64,000 bases of DNA from Podarcis muralis (lineage: Eukaryota). The DNA is taken from NCBI RefSeq assembly GCF_964188315.1, contig NC_135664.1, positions 2,170,001 to 2,234,000 on the forward strand. The letters run 5' to 3'. Below the pieces are notes generated by a model. It ran no database searches. It worked only from the letters and a program-made list of their open reading frames with translations, and was not told the DNA's origin. The first letter of the stretch is position 1; each line of letters starts with the position of its first letter. Shown one piece after another: positions 62,346 to 64,000 of the stretch. The position numbers and the translations under genes are program-made.

Positions 62346-64000
62346 TTACCTCATTTAGGTAAACTTTCCCCCTTAATTTAAATAGTCACTTGAAGCCTGA
62401 GCCCATGGGCATCAAAATCTTGGATAGATTATTTGAAAAAGTATAAAATAAAATGTAAATGCCCCATCCAAGCTGCCCTCTTGCCCTTTTGAACTTGTAG
62501 GATGTTCAGACGGCCATTTTCCAAACTGAGGAATGTTTTACAGTGAGAGCTTCTATGACTCAGAAATGGAAGAACTGACTGGACTTGATACTCTTGTACA
62601 AGAATATATGGTCTCTGGCTATTGCAGAGAAAATAACTCACAGCTTACACATTTCTAAGGGTAGGAGAAACCAGAAACATTTCTGCACTGTTTGGTTTGG
62701 TGGGATTTCATTTCTTATGTGTCAAATTCAGATATACAAAACTCTTTCCCCACCAAATCATGAAGTTTGGTTTTCATGATGTGTTTTGCTGCTTTTCTTC
62801 TTCTATATTACCTGCTCTGCATTTATTTGTAAAATACCACCTCTGTACTGCTCCTGTGTTTTGTATCTCTTGGAGAAAAGTTGCTAATAAAAATGGACAG
62901 CCCTCGTTTGATGTAGCTTTTGTGGCATGCCTGCTATATTGTCAGTTATTTATCACAAGTTCCATCTAGAAAAAGTGTTTTCTTCTCTCTCTCCCAGTGA
63001 TGATGCTGTGGGCAAAGGCCACACCAAGAAATGTTTTCACTAGTTGATCTTGATCCCTGAACAGTCAGTCTGGTCTTCTGAATCCCACTCACTGTTTCTC
63101 TTCTCAGAGCAAAGTGTTGTATCTTGTAGGAGAAAACAGTGAAATTAACATACCCCACACGCTCTTTTGCCTTTGAGATACTAAATGTGGGGTGGGAAGC
63201 ATTTGATAAAAGTGCTGCCCAAGGTCACATAGTCCTCACCACAACTCTGTATAAATGTGTCATTTTGATTCCCCAATAGCTACAAGAAACCTGAAAAATA
63301 GCATACTTGGGCAATTGCAAGTGCACTCTCCCCCCCCCCCCCGCCCCCTTTTCAAAATCTGTTCAGCCTGGGTACATGGCCACTTTGGGCTTCATTAATC
63401 CTGCCATGTCAGAGGCAAGCTTTGGTTAATACACGGCAGAAGCAACATCATCACAGAGCAAATTGTACATAGGGTGTGTTTTAAAACTTTCCTGGCAGCC
63501 TTTCTAAGGGCACATCAACACCATAGGCTCTGACTGACTTAATAGTTCTCTGCTCTCTCTCAGGAATCCTGGAAACCATAGCTTGGTCAGAGAAGGTAAG
63601 GGTATCTAACAGAGAGTCCTTAGAATCCTTATTAAATGACAATTCCCGGAAATCTTTAGGGGAATAATTCATGGCTGTTGAACCTATATAAAGTGGATAC
63701 AAAATGCAGCTATGCCATGAATATAAAAGCATCCATGGGTGGCTGTTGTTTTTTTGAAAAAGGAGGCTCAGTGGTATTTTTCTGTCTTATCAGGCATTGC
63801 TACGTCCTTTGCTGGAACAGGTTGTTGCGTCAATGCACCGGCACCAAATCTGCACAAAAAATTCACTGAAGGTGCCCGCCTCTGCCCACCCGCTGCCTTA
63901 CCTCTGGCTCTCTGGCCCTGTGGTGGCCACTGGGCTGGGGCCTCCACCTCTACCACAGGGCCTCTGTTGGGGCCAGCTGCGGCCACGGACGTGCACCCCT

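Overview
Eukaryotic, squamate (lizard-like, probably lacertid) genomic DNA, judged from Sauria-type SINEs, BovB, CR1, L1, L2 and V2R genes. The main structure is a giant near-perfect palindrome: arms of about 16 kb (~7.1-23.2 kb and ~25.0-41.1 kb) around a 1,805-bp spacer. The inner junction is patched by a 250-bp L1-type 3' tail, and the outer left junction lies inside a V2R 7TM exon. The region holds four truncated vomeronasal type-2 receptor (V2R) copies, two mirror copies of a decayed Chapaev3-like transposon, and two inverted arrays of an 80/90-bp GC-rich minisatellite. By reading splice signals I also find an unannotated gene built of phase-0 exon modules, present in 3 copies with different module numbers and sharing a probable bidirectional CpG promoter with a spliced non-coding unit. 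The last 15 kb is mostly repeats, including a full-length 1.86-kb TSD-flanked retroelement that lacks reverse transcriptase but carries an intact 185-aa ORF. All coordinates were read by eye; family names come from recalled motifs, not database searches.
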